NCBI GenBank assembly: GCA_000002435.2
Contig: CM018791.1
Reading direction: 5' to 3' (one strand)
DNA length: 64,000 nucleotides
Origin: Giardia intestinalis
Lineage: Eukaryota
Each line of letters opens with the position of its first letter. The stretch's first letter is position 1. The notes under the pieces were generated by a model. The model did no database searches. It was given only the letters and a program-made list of their open reading frames with translations, and had not been told where the DNA came from. Shown here piece by piece: positions 11,315 to 22,642 of this stretch. The translations under genes and the position numbers were made by a program.

Positions 11315-14300
11315 CACCCACCACGAAGGAAGACCAAGGAGAGGCCCCACCGGTAGAGCAGAGAGTCTACAAGAAGGCCTGAATCCAAGGCAGATCGGCA
11401 TGGATATCCAGACAGAGCATATCCTCATGGAGTGGCCGAGGAATGCCCAGACTCTGAATATATCACTGGAGAGGACCCTCTTGTTATGCTATCCATGACC
11501 AACAGTCGTCTCTGAACTGACCAGGAAGGAGCGATGATTACCCGCACGATCTCTGGGCCACACTCAGATAGCCCCAGCAGCATAGTGTAATAAATCATAT
11601 ACAGTGACGCGTTTACTACCTAAGTACACATCTACGCCTTCCCCCTACATATGAACCACCAGCAGAGGAACCCTACGAGACCACCCACAACAACCACCAC
11701 AGCAACGGAGATACCCGCGATGGCCCCAGTGGAGAGGCCGCTCTTGTTCGTGCTTCCGCCGTTGTTATCGTTATCGCCGTTGTTAGTGGCGTCTGTTTTA
11801 ACATAGCAGGTAACAGGAGTCGGCGCATTAGGAGACGAAGGAGCTTTACAGCTCACGCAATTAGGTACGCCTTGGATGTTACCACTTGTTTCAGAACACT
11901 TTTTACACTCTTTTCCAGTGTCAAGATAGTATCCAGAATAGCACTCAGTACACGTCTTAACATCGCTATCGCCGCTGCACTTTGAGCAGTTGGCTGGACA
12001 CGGGGGACACGCGCCTGTTTGAGGATCTGCATTCTGTCCATTGGCGCAGTTTGCACACTTTCCATTGGCCCCTGCGGCTATGCACAACGTGTTACCTGGA
12101 AATGCCCCGGTTTTATAGCATCCGCCAGATTCTAAGAAGTATGCGCCCGTGCAACTAGTGCAGACTCCCTCTCCAGCCACACACTCTGTGGCTGCGCGGG
12201 CTGTTGTAGAGACGCACATGCCGTTTATCGGAACGAACCCTGTCTTGCACCTGCTGCAATACTTGGATCCCCCAACGACGGCCGTGCACTGGCCAGCTTC
12301 GCAGTTCTCTGCGTACCTTCCCGTGCACTCCTGGATGCATTTGCCAGTAGTCAGATCACCATCATGCTCAAGTACAGACCCGGGGTAGCAGGCCGTACAG
12401 GAGGTCTCCTTGTCGTCGGTCTGGCAGCCAGCGCACGACTCGTGGCAGAGGGTGCACACCTTGTTGTTGGCATATGTGCCAGCAGGGCAACCGAGCATGC
12501 ACTCGTCCTTCAGGGGGCTCAGATTATTATTAGTACACTCAGAGCACGTAACCATTGGACCTGCTCTTGCAGACGTTGCTTTGAGGGAGCACTTCTTGCA
12601 GTCGGCTATGCCACCCTTATCGGCCTCACTACACAGAGCACATACCTTCTTGTTATTACTCTGTGCATCAGTGGTGGGGAAGAATCCGTTATTGCAGTTC
12701 CCTTCGTCAACACAAGAGGTTGTCCCTGATTCTGTCTTCAGATACTTATCCGCCTGGCACTCAGTGCATGTGGCGGCCTTGGGAGTGCCATTCTGTGCTT
12801 CGCCGGGTTGCTCACACTTACCACACCCGGCCACGCCCGTGTACTTCTTATTGTCAGTAAGCGTCACGCCCGTTGTATCCCCGCATGAAACAACCGAGTC
12901 GTGCGCATTATCAGCGCCCGGCGGCAGGAAGTACCCAGCCTTAACCTGTGTGCACTTACCAGCAGCTGCATCTCCGCACATCACATTACCAGGAGCCTTG
13001 GTTGTTACATAGCATCCTCCTTTGTACATGAAAGTTTCTAGAAGACATTTTCCGCACGTCTGATCTGCATCAGCAACGCCATCAGCATTCTTGCACTTTG
13101 TGTTGCTATCAGTAGCACCTGCACATTGCCCATCAATTGGAACCTTTCCTGTTTGACATTGCGTACAGATTTCAGTGCCACCAACCATTTCGCAATGATT
13201 GGCTTCACAGTTATCTTTAGCAGTTCCCTCCGCGCTACATTCTGCTGCAAGAGCACTCAGCACAAAGTAGAAAGCTACCAACAACATTGAGGTCCTTCTC
13301 AGCTTATCGCATGAGTAAGAATAAAATACTTAAGACTAAAGACCTGACTTACTATATACTGTGCTAATTAATCCAAAGAGATTCGTCTCCTACGATACCT
13401 CTGCTTAGGACATAGAAGCTCATCAAATACTAAGTACATCTACTGCATACAGCCCACGCGAGCTCTCTGGGCCTGAACTCCATACCCCCTGCACAACACG
13501 CAGGGAAACAAAAAATCCAAAAATAGGTGGTGAAACTTCTTCACACGCTCGCCGCCTCTCTACCCTGCGGCCAATCAAAAGACAGCTCAGGTGCCCCTGC
13601 TGTGCCGTGGGTTCGTTGCTGGCTCCTCTCCTGGGGTCTCTACGTCCCTGATGAGTCAGCTCCCTGTGCCTTCCTTGCGCGGATCGGGCCCCTACGGACC
13701 CCCATGCGCCGATGACCTCGTTTCCGCCTCTGTTGCATCATCACTTCCTTAGATTATGTCTGCGACTCCCGGCTGTCGTGAGAGAACCGCACTCAAGGAC
13801 AGTCTTGTGCGAGATCCCGAGAAAAGGCTACAGTGATCGCTAAGGCCCGTAGAAGTGTGAATCAGTATAGATTAGCCTACGAGGCGCTCTGGTTTGTTGG
13901 GTGTGCATGGCGCTATTTCTGATCTTTTGTAATGAATACTTTAAGATATCCTATCGCATGACAGGGTGTCAATTGGGCTTCAGAGAGCGTAGGCCAGCAC
14001 TCCTAAATCTAGACAAGGAGAAAACCTTGCCCAAACTGTGTCACCCCCTAAACTGATGGAGCAGGACTCTTATCCTCCCCTCTGGATCATCCTAGTGCTG
14101 TCGCTACCATCGCTAGTGGAGGCAGCCGGGTTTGCAGTACTTTGAGCCTGCTAGTGTAAGGCTTTAAGCCCTCAGAGCTTCCTACATGTGGATGCTTGTG
14201 AGGAAAGAATAGAATCCAAGGAGACCGCGCTGGTTTGCCAGGCGTTGGCCGGATGCCTGGTCCAGTACCTTTTGTGACCTCCTGTGGGTGTTAGAGCAGT

Positions 14301-17300
14301 TGACCCCCATCTGTTGATAAGGGAATCGAATAGCATTCGCTCATGACCTTTGGTCCGAGCTGTAGTTGGCCCTGAGGAGACATGCCAATCAGCGTAAGCG
14401 TCCTACCTCTTGACTCACGAATCATGCCACACTGTAGGGGTTGTACTAGTGCACCTTAGCATGCGTTAAATAATGCATAGAAGGCCGGGATCTTCTTGTC
14501 ATATAGCTATAGGAGTCAGATAAAGCCCTACTGAGGACATCATATCCTGCAATCTTCTATGGCTCCACTAGGGGCCAAAAGAACCGCCGTACACAGACTG
14601 GTATGGAAAGTGGGATCCAGCAGCATACATCTTGAGCTGGGAGTCCCATAAGCATGCATTTCTGATACAATTCCATCACGGATCTTGTAGGAAGCTGACC
14701 TAGGCTAGTGACTGGAAGGTCTTCAACAGGAAAGCGGGTGCTGTGATTGTTGAAAGCCTGTCTACTTATCGTTATGAAGAACACCTACTGATGCTTATTG
14801 CTGCGGGGTGGATGGGGCTTACTCGCCTGTGAGATTTGACTGATGTGCGTTGTAGACGATCGACGAAACTGATGTTACTCTCTATTCGTTGGCTCTACAT
14901 GAATGAGCGAACTCTGTAGTTGGCCGGTTATTCTAGAAAGTCCTGCACCTATAAGGTCACAGCTACAACTTGCATTAGACAAATAAAGGGTTCCATTGAG
15001 CTGTAATGCTCTCTGGAGGTCCTGCGGGGTGCGCAGCTACATCAGTGCAGCCACCGAAATGGCAGCCCTGCCTAATTGAATTTCGCAGATCCAGAGTACA
15101 GTGCAGTACCTTTCAGTTTATGAAGTCAAGCCTACCTCAGACAACGAGGACAGATGGAGACCCGGAAGCGATCAATGTTAGCCTAGGCTGTTCCGATCCT
15201 TGCTATCCGAGGGAGCAGCAGGACCGTAGAATGGCAGAGGCCCACTTCATGCCCCTGCTCAGGAAGCCGTGTCTTGGCGGAGATATGCGCCACAGTTATT
15301 GCTGACTACCTACTGGTGAGTTATCATTTGCATTTGAGACCATTAGTTGAGTTGCTAGTTGAATCGAGAAGCAATGACAGTATTACTCAAACAATGAGCC
15401 AAGAAAGCTAATGCTGATTGTGAACCTCCCACGCTGAGCATACCCACTGTACAGGGCAAAGGATCTAACGCCCTAAGTGGTCGAATAAAGCTAAGGTGCT
15501 TGTCAATAACGATATGCATGGCTTTAGTCGGAGGCTTGCGAGGGAATGTTGGAGAGCACAAGACCTGCCGGACTATATGAGACGCACAATGAATGCCTAC
15601 GTAGTAAACTGGTTGACCCTTTCTTTGGTAGACAGGACCCTAGTCCGTAGTGGTCGCCTGTATGACGTATGCCCTTGCGGGACCGATGGAAGCACTCGCT
15701 GATCTGGAAAGGCCATCAGTAGTGGTTGCACGAGATAGACGGGCAGAGGACAAGAGCTGATCAGATCACCTTGGCTAATGAGCAATCTAAACTACGCAGT
15801 GTGTGTAGCAACCTGTGTCGAAGGTGGAGATGCATCGTAGGACGTCATGTGGCCAAGAAGCATTATTGGTGTCCATCTGGCATGGGAGGACGCAGCTGAG
15901 ACAGTGTGGATAGTGACCATATCGACCGGTACCAGCCTGTGGAGATCTCTACAATCGCTCCTCATCTGTATACGAAGGGAAGGTGAATACCCTCGGCTCC
16001 AAACGAAGCAACTCTTGATAGATATTACGCTGCCGTAAATGCATAAAATCAAAAAGCAGCGTCCAGCTTGTCTGCAGACCCTACGACCTCTCCAGGTTTA
16101 GAGGTCAGAGAGGCATTACAGGTGTCCCTGCTGTAATCCGAGCTAATAGCTAGTCTCTGTAGCGTCAGTTTTATCTCACTGATCTGTTGATTACCCTTAC
16201 ATTCTCCATGCGAACCGGCTCTCTAGGAGCCGCCATGCACGGATAGTCTTCCAAGCACCTAGCAGACATTCTTCCTCCTTGAAGCGTGTCACCGAGGACT
16301 AGACATTATGAGGTGAGCGCAACCAGAGGCAAATCTCCCTGTATTCTTGCTTAATACTAATAGCGAGTATGCAAGCGAGTATACAAGCTCTTGACGAGTG
16401 CATTGTGATTTAGGCCAGTCATCACACTAGGGTTATGACATTTGATGCACAGATTTCTATTTTTAGCTTTGTACGCATATCTATGTTTCACCTTGAAAGA
16501 TGGCGGAGCGCTCTGCAGGATCCTTTTGGGTATACAGCTGTCACTGTAGCTGATGGATAAGCAGTCGTAAAGACCTTATGCTTAAACAGAAGCATCTCTA
16601 GTATAACCGAGCGCTGTCTTCCATCAAAGTAGACACCTTAGATGAAATGACATCTACTCTATCTACTATGGCATTGTGCGGGCCTGTATACGCTACTAGA
16701 GAAGGATGCCGCAATATCTGCTTAATTTGTCAGGCGTATACGTCTCTTGTTGTAGCGAACGCAGTGGTAGAGACAGTCATCGCCGGAAGGTAATAGGACG
16801 TGCTAGCTCAGTGTAGCTTTATACAGGCGGAAGCTACAGTACACAACCAGGAGCATAACGCGCCGGCTGCTCATGCTACTCCCCTCCCCTGTATTGCTGT
16901 GCTTACGAGTACCTGTACTGCACTGTGTGTCAGACTGTGGCACAGAATACCCCTAGGCTACTTGTCCAGTGGATCAAAGCTAGAACGACCGATCCTATGG
17001 ACAGATGGGCATCCCGAGGAGACAGCAGCCGTTATTGTTGTTCCGGATTTTTTAGTACTCAAGCAACAAACCTATGGGGGCATCCTACTCTCCAAGTCTC
17101 TGCGCCCGTATCGAGGCGTGTTGCCTGGATGGCCTAGTCATGGCCACAAGGATGATGCAAAATGGCGGTCGTTCGCAGATCCAGCCCCCAATTCGCCCCT
17201 AGCCCTAAGTCACACTCAACTGGTGCAAGATGCTCTTCTTCGCCGTAGGTATGCCTTTCGCTAGATCGACAAGCTGCTTGTAGCAGGCTTGCCTCGCTGA

Positions 17301-20300
17301 CCAGCTCTGCTGGCATTTGGTCCCCTCTGGTCACTCAAGGGCGTAACCTCAGGATGGGTCCACGAGACAGCGCATGCTGATGGCAGAAGACAGCAAAGCT
17401 CTTCTCAAATATCTCGACCTATCAACTAGTGCGGTCCCAAAGCACACTGTGGGTTTTGACGGACACGCAAGTACGGATCCAGACACTTTGAGATTCTAAG
17501 ATTACTCAGCAAGGACAACACAATTCACCCTGCTTCATCTGAGAGGTCCAAGCCCCAGCTCTTCAGAAGCCCAGCATCAGTGCTCAGCTGGCTCATACGC
17601 TCTGCTGTACCTTGTTGAAAACCACATCGACGGCTCCAATTCGGCGGTTACTCTGGACTCACCAGCCATTACAGTCGTGCCACCATCAGGGCTAAGTTTC
17701 CCGCTTCACCTGTGGTCTGTTACAAAGGCATAATTCGTGACCGGATGCAAAGGGCTTGATCCATTCGGTACGCTATAGCTACCGGTGTACTTCACTAGGC
17801 TCACTGGCTCTGCCAGCATCTTCGAAGGTAGAGACGCGCCACCATCACAGATCACACAGCCCCCTGCACATCCTGGAAGGGCTCTTGTGTTGTGCAACGT
17901 CAGATCCTGCCTGTCTGATACAGAACACATGGTACTGGACGGCCAGAGAGAGAATAGTGGGCGCTTGCACCCCACACCGAACCAGTCTGACTGCACTTGG
18001 GCCATAGTTCTTTGACCCCGCTGCCATAGACAGTGAAGGACGCATCCTTCTGGAGATGGGATCTCTCGAGGGTTGGCTCAGGGTTCAGTCTGAGCCCGGA
18101 ACTCTAGGTATGGAGTGCACCACGCAATGAGGACAGTAGTAGCAGGGACACTGTTTGGACCAGGTGGCCTTCTCACATTCCTCATTGCACGTGCCTGCAT
18201 CCCATGCGGTCCACTCCTTCGATATGTAACAGTTGTGACCCAGATGGTTAGACTTTGGACCCACGTGCTATTGCACCTGTTGTAGCAGCAAAGAGGACGA
18301 GTCACTTGCTTGTAGGCTTTGTCTACCTTCAGGCCTATCCAGATCTGCTACTGTGCTAACACTACTGGTACCACGCAGCCTATGTGATGGTCATGTCCCC
18401 TTCATGCCATTCTTGATACCAAGTCCGATAGGAGCATCCAACAGAATATCCCTGGCGTTGTGCAGTCTTCATATGATGATCGCGTTAGACTCACTGCGCA
18501 CCCACCGTTGCAGTAGTTGAATTGCTGGGCTCGGGCACTGCTGGATACTTTTACTGATAGACGATGCCAGAAAAAGCAAAGATAAAAGGCCTCAAAACCC
18601 CCTGTCCGTGAATGGACTCGTTATGTGCAACGTGCCTACCTCTATCGTGTCATGTAAGACAGTAGGATTTTGCTGGCACAGTACATTGATACAGTGATGA
18701 TGCAGAGAAGGCAGCTCTGACTTACATAGCGATAGAAAGCCCGGTGATATAGATAGCGACATTATGTGATGGCGGACCCTAGCCGATAGGCCATGGGGAT
18801 ACAGAGCCCTTGCAACAAAGCTGTTCTTCGCATGAAATAGTAGAGTAGCATGATGCACCACGGGAGAGAGTCCCGCTTCCTCGTTCTGTCTGTTACACTA
18901 TAGCCCAAGCATCGAACTCGCTGATGGCTCCTTATTCATTCCCCTATGAAGCCTCTGGGCACCTGTTTAATCATACTACTTAGCCCTACATAAGAATAAA
19001 ATCCACACCTAGCACTAACAATTGAATACCTCATTCTGCCATAACATTTCCGGTGTACTGATTCCAATCTCGAGCAGCTGAGTGGTTGGATGCATCCTTG
19101 TCAGGGGTAGTGTAGGCATGAAAGACTAGACCCCAACGACAGGTTTGCACTTTAACTTCTCTTGTTTACTCCTTGGTGGCGCCCTATCTCTCCACTTAGG
19201 CGTGTGTTCTGAGATTGCCATAAGGCAGACAATGGGATCTTGCAGGACTAAAAGCACCGATGCCATCTACCTCCAGAATCTGGTAATCTGGGCACCCACG
19301 TCGCAGTTCTGGCAAACAACACCTTGTTCCTATACCATCCGCTCTGACCATGTGCTTCTCTTCCCTGAGCCATTCTCGATGACAATATTCATATTGACAC
19401 GGAGAGCTGTTCTGTCATGCAAAGTGGTTTTGCTTCGAGCCGGTTGTATGGCAATCCAGTTGTTCCTCATCCTCTCACAGTTTTCTCTGCAGCAGTCCCC
19501 TAGTGATAACGCTGTACGGCTCGAATCTCTAACAAGGTGCCTTACTAATATGTCGCTCTTCTGTATACGTTCGGCGCCCAGCTGGCCCACGCTGTCTCCG
19601 TAGCTTAGTTGGATGCCTCCATGCACAGGGATTCGTCTGGCAAAAGTGGCTGTGCCGTATAATGGATTGTGTTGATCTGCATAATCGGAAGTGCATGCCT
19701 TTTGTTCGTATGCTGCTGAGGGCGCTGGCTGCAATGCGTGTCGAGAATAGATTGCTTTGGATCGGATTACCCTGTGCCTTTTGCGCTCTAGGGGCTAGGA
19801 TCTTACTCCCCCAATACTAGTGCCGGACTCCAGTTGGATTATAGAAAAGGGGCTCTGTCCAGCTCTGGCCTTCTTAGTACGAAGATGCTAAGGATGCCTC
19901 TAGGATCCTCTCTGCTGCGGTTCTATGTGCGCCTACACTGGTCTGCAGTGGTAAGACGGTCCCTATCCTAGTTTTGGCCTCTCGCTATGTCGAGTACAGA
20001 GAACTTGGGACGCCTCTGGGTTTCGCTCCTACAGCAGAATGAAACAAGGGCACGGGGCTCTAGGCTTTGCTAGATACTTGTCTGGATGAAGGAGTGAGCG
20101 CTAATGTCAGAGGTTTTGGCTGGCTGGTGTGTTGGTGGCATGCTCGGCATAAACTGGTGTCGGCCTGTTCTTCTCGGAGCCTCGGTAAAGTCGGTCGGCT
20201 ATGAAGGGAAGGAGCTTATGACAGTCTGTCCAGTGTAACCGACAACATCTTTGCTTAGGATAGATTTACCATCTAGTTCATCAGAGTGTGTCAATGAGTG

Positions 20301-20576
20301 TCATCTAGTACCGTGAAAGTCGGCGTTACCGTGCACTCCATCTTCTGAGAGCATAGCTTTAGGTAGTATTGTTTGTCTCGGAGCTCCTGCATCCTCTCAG
20401 CACAGCTATCTAGATAGATCGTGTTGAGTCCTGCCACTCCCTCGACTCCGTCAAGTGCACAAACCTCCTTTCCTGCCTGCATTAGCGTGACCGAGAACCT
20501 TCTACGAGGCAAGGGAAACACAAACCCGTGCCTATGGATAGTGAAGCTCAGAGGATCCCGCACAGTAATGGCGTCT
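11315..20576. repeat. IR1 right arm (inverted copy of 1..9262)
   Basis: Same mirrored-ORF evidence. Symmetry axis is at coordinate 10288.5. The arm necessarily continues past 20576 into the cathepsin-like gene if the left arm continues off-window. Confidence 0.9.
11632..13287 (-). CDS. Second, 100% identical VSP copy, convergent (tail-to-tail) with 7290..8945
   Basis: The 551-aa translation is identical, and coordinates mirror about 10288.5. The 3' ends face each other across 2.69 kb. Confidence 0.92.
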   Translation of the reverse strand: MLLVAFYFVLSALAAECSAEGTAKDNCEANHCEMVGGTEICTQCQTGKVPIDGQCAGATDSNTKCKNADGVADADQTCGKCLLETFMYKGGCYVTTKAPGNVMCGDAAAGKCTQVKAGYFLPPGADNAHDSVVSCGDTTGVTLTDNKKYTGVAGCGKCEQPGEAQNGTPKAATCTECQADKYLKTESGTTSCVDEGNCNNGFFPTTDAQSNNKKVCALCSEADKGGIADCKKCSLKATSARAGPMVTCSECTNNNLSPLKDECMLGCPAGTYANNKVCTLCHESCAGCQTDDKETSCTACYPGSVLEHDGDLTTGKCIQECTGRYAENCEAGQCTAVVGGSKYCSRCKTGFVPINGMCVSTTARAATECVAGEGVCTSCTGAYFLESGGCYKTGAFPGNTLCIAAGANGKCANCANGQNADPQTGACPPCPANCSKCSGDSDVKTCTECYSGYYLDTGKECKKCSETSGNIQGVPNCVSCKAPSSPNAPTPVTCYVKTDATNNGDNDNNGGSTNKSGLSTGAIAGISVAVVVVVGGLVGFLCWWFICRGKA

Positions 20577-22642
20577 GGAACGTCTCTGACCAGGTATCTG
20601 CTCGCCTTGACCTCAAAGTCATCCGAAGTGTTCGTGAACATGGGACTGTTGGAGCGCATGCGGACGAAGTAGTTAGGGCCAGAGGGGACAGAGGCCGGAA
20701 GAGTGTCGGCATAGAGCCCCGTGTTAGGGGCAGAGCGGGTGAACGTGTGGCGCAGGTAGCTTTTCGATCCGACCTTTTCGTACAAAAGGATCGTCATCTC
20801 AGTGCTGGCCGTTAGGTTGCTGGTCCATCGGATTGTAACTGCACCGCCGGGGACCCAGACACTCTGCGTAGACGGCTCCGTAATAAGCAGGGGCACGTCG
20901 CCAATAGGCTCAGGTTCGGGCTCAGGTTCGGGATCTGGGTCGGGCTGTGGTTCCGGGTCGGGCACGGGATCCTTCTTATCAGACGGGGCCGGGAGATCAT
21001 CTGCAGGGTAGCCGTACGACGTGACATGCAGCGGTCCCACATCGGCGTACGCGAAGGGGGACGTCTCTGAGCGCAGTCGGAGGTACGCAGCTGAGCAGTT
21101 GCCATAGGAAGACGGCAGGCGGACCTCGATGCTTCCCGAGGGAGGCAGGCCAGCAGCGATGACATCCAGCAGTCGCTCTCCGCAATACGCCTGGAGAAGC
21201 AGCTTTGCACTCGTCCCCGTTGAGGCGTACGAAATCTGCAGGCCCTCGGCCAACGCAGTCACCTGTGCGCCGGCGACCGGGTTGGATATCGTGATGACTG
21301 CTTCATCGTTGTGCTTCTTCTCTATTGTGAGCACTGCGCTTGCGGATAGGACGGGAACGGTGTCGGACGTGGTCAGGGTCAGCGCATGCCTGCCAGCGCT
21401 CATGCTCGACGGGGCCACGCAGGACTGCGCCCCCTTACTGAGCTCCATCAGCACAGACGCGCCGTCCATCAACTTGCAGGGCACCTGGAGCGGTGCAGCG
21501 AACCGGAGTGTGACGCTCTCTCCCTCCTGTCCCTGATAGCTAGTCTTGTCGAATGCCAGCGTGAAGTAGGACGCCAACGAGAAGCGCGCAGACGTTGCGT
21601 CTCCAGTGCTGGTTGTCAGGTAGTATTGCCCTGCAGACGTGTCTCGAGGTATGGTAACGCGGGCGGTGCCACTAGAGGTCGTCAGCTTAACGAGCGACGT
21701 CACCGCTCCTGCTTCTGACTTCAGCTGGAGCTCTGCAGGGGTCGCTACCTCCTTGTACGGTATTGCAATCTCGTATCCAGCAATGTACGTTTTGGCCGCC
21801 TCTACAGTGATTGTGCCGTTTTGGGGCTCCGGCTTAGGAGTCGTGTCTATAGGCAGCGCTGAACCGGGCCACGTCTCGATCTTGAGCTCGTTGGACCCGC
21901 GCTTGATCTTGAAGTAGCCTTGGTCGCCCCAATTGGTGCCGTACGTGTTCGCACAGTCCCAGTAGGGTACACCGTTCTCCTCGCCCCACCCGACTATCAT
22001 CACGGCGTGGCCTCCCCCCAGCTTCGTATTGGGGCCGGAGCTGTAGATGCCCTTCTTGTCCTTGGAGGGGAAGTCGTTGGCCAGGTACATGGAGACCGCA
22101 ATGGGCCCGTTCTGGTATATGTCGCGCATCATCGCGTCCACGCCGCTGAGCCTGTAGGGCGCCTTGTTCTTAATGGTGCGGTCCTTGGGGCGCTTATCCT
22201 TGCAGACGGTCTTGCACGTCTCCGTGGGGTAGGGATACGTCCGGTTCCAGTAGTCCTCGCAGGTGTCGTACACCATGCCCGTCGTCTCTCCGAACTTCAG
22301 CGACGCAAGGGAATTGCCGCCACGGCACCCGTTGTTCTGGATGTTCAGATACTTGGTGTGGTCGCACGTGACGAGGTCCTCGAGGCTCACAAGCCTGCTG
22401 TCGTTGAGCTGGAGGCACCGCCGGGCAGTGACCATCTCCACCGCCGCCGCCGCGTAGCAGCAGCCGCACGAGCCCTGGTTTATGATCTGGATGCACCGGT
22501 GGCCCCGGTAGGTGAAGTTGCCAGCTCTGGACAAGTTATGATGTGGGCCACCAGGTCTCTTCAGTGCCTGATGATGACATCCTGTTAGCACAAAGTAAAT
22601 CTGCAAGTCCAAGTGGAGATATATGAAAATGGAAATTTTCAA
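20291..22642 (-). CDS. Cathepsin-B-like (papain family C1) cysteine protease fused to a long C-terminal extension, with no in-frame ATG, signal peptide or propeptide.

Domain order in the extension:
- a Ser/Thr-rich middle region
- a (PE/PD)n linker
- a Kre9/KNH-like Ser/Thr-rich GPI-anchor-family domain
   Basis: Active-site region QGSCGCCYAAAAVE (Cys conserved, W replaced by Y). His region GGGHAVMIVGWG...NWGDQGYFKIKRG. Linker DPVPDPEPQPDPDPEPEPEPEP. Kre9/KNH-like stretch PSTQSVWVPGGAVTIRWTSN...NTGLYADTLPASVPSGPNYFVRMRS.

The ORF begins at a TTG directly after a stop codon. The first ATG lies downstream of the catalytic Cys. The upstream DNA is the 5' end of the ankyrin gene on the other strand. 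Confidence 0.65.
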   Translation of the reverse strand: MKISIFIYLHLDLQIYFVLTGCHHQALKRPGGPHHNLSRAGNFTYRGHRCIQIINQGSCGCCYAAAAVEMVTARRCLQLNDSRLVSLEDLVTCDHTKYLNIQNNGCRGGNSLASLKFGETTGMVYDTCEDYWNRTYPYPTETCKTVCKDKRPKDRTIKNKAPYRLSGVDAMMRDIYQNGPIAVSMYLANDFPSKDKKGIYSSGPNTKLGGGHAVMIVGWGEENGVPYWDCANTYGTNWGDQGYFKIKRGSNELKIETWPGSALPIDTTPKPEPQNGTITVEAAKTYIAGYEIAIPYKEVATPAELQLKSEAGAVTSLVKLTTSSGTARVTIPRDTSAGQYYLTTSTGDATSARFSLASYFTLAFDKTSYQGQEGESVTLRFAAPLQVPCKLMDGASVLMELSKGAQSCVAPSSMSAGRHALTLTTSDTVPVLSASAVLTIEKKHNDEAVITISNPVAGAQVTALAEGLQISYASTGTSAKLLLQAYCGERLLDVIAAGLPPSGSIEVRLPSSYGNCSAAYLRLRSETSPFAYADVGPLHVTSYGYPADDLPAPSDKKDPVPDPEPQPDPDPEPEPEPEPIGDVPLLITEPSTQSVWVPGGAVTIRWTSNLTASTEMTILLYEKVGSKSYLRHTFTRSAPNTGLYADTLPASVPSGPNYFVRMRSNSPMFTNTSDDFEVKASRYLVRDVPDAITVRDPLSFTIHRHGFVFPLPRRRFSVTLMQAGKEVCALDGVEGVAGLNTIYLDSCAERMQELRDKQYYLKLCSQKMECTVTPTFTVLDDTH

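Noticed and set aside
1-20576. Could the palindrome be a long-read foldback or assembly artefact?
   Set aside because: Artefactual foldbacks are perfect right up to the axis with no spacer. Here the arms lose identity in a patchy way at 9263..9398 and surround a 1.55-kb unique, non-symmetric spacer. A second, independent inverted duplication (IR2) with gene-internal junctions also exists. It cannot be fully excluded without read-level data.
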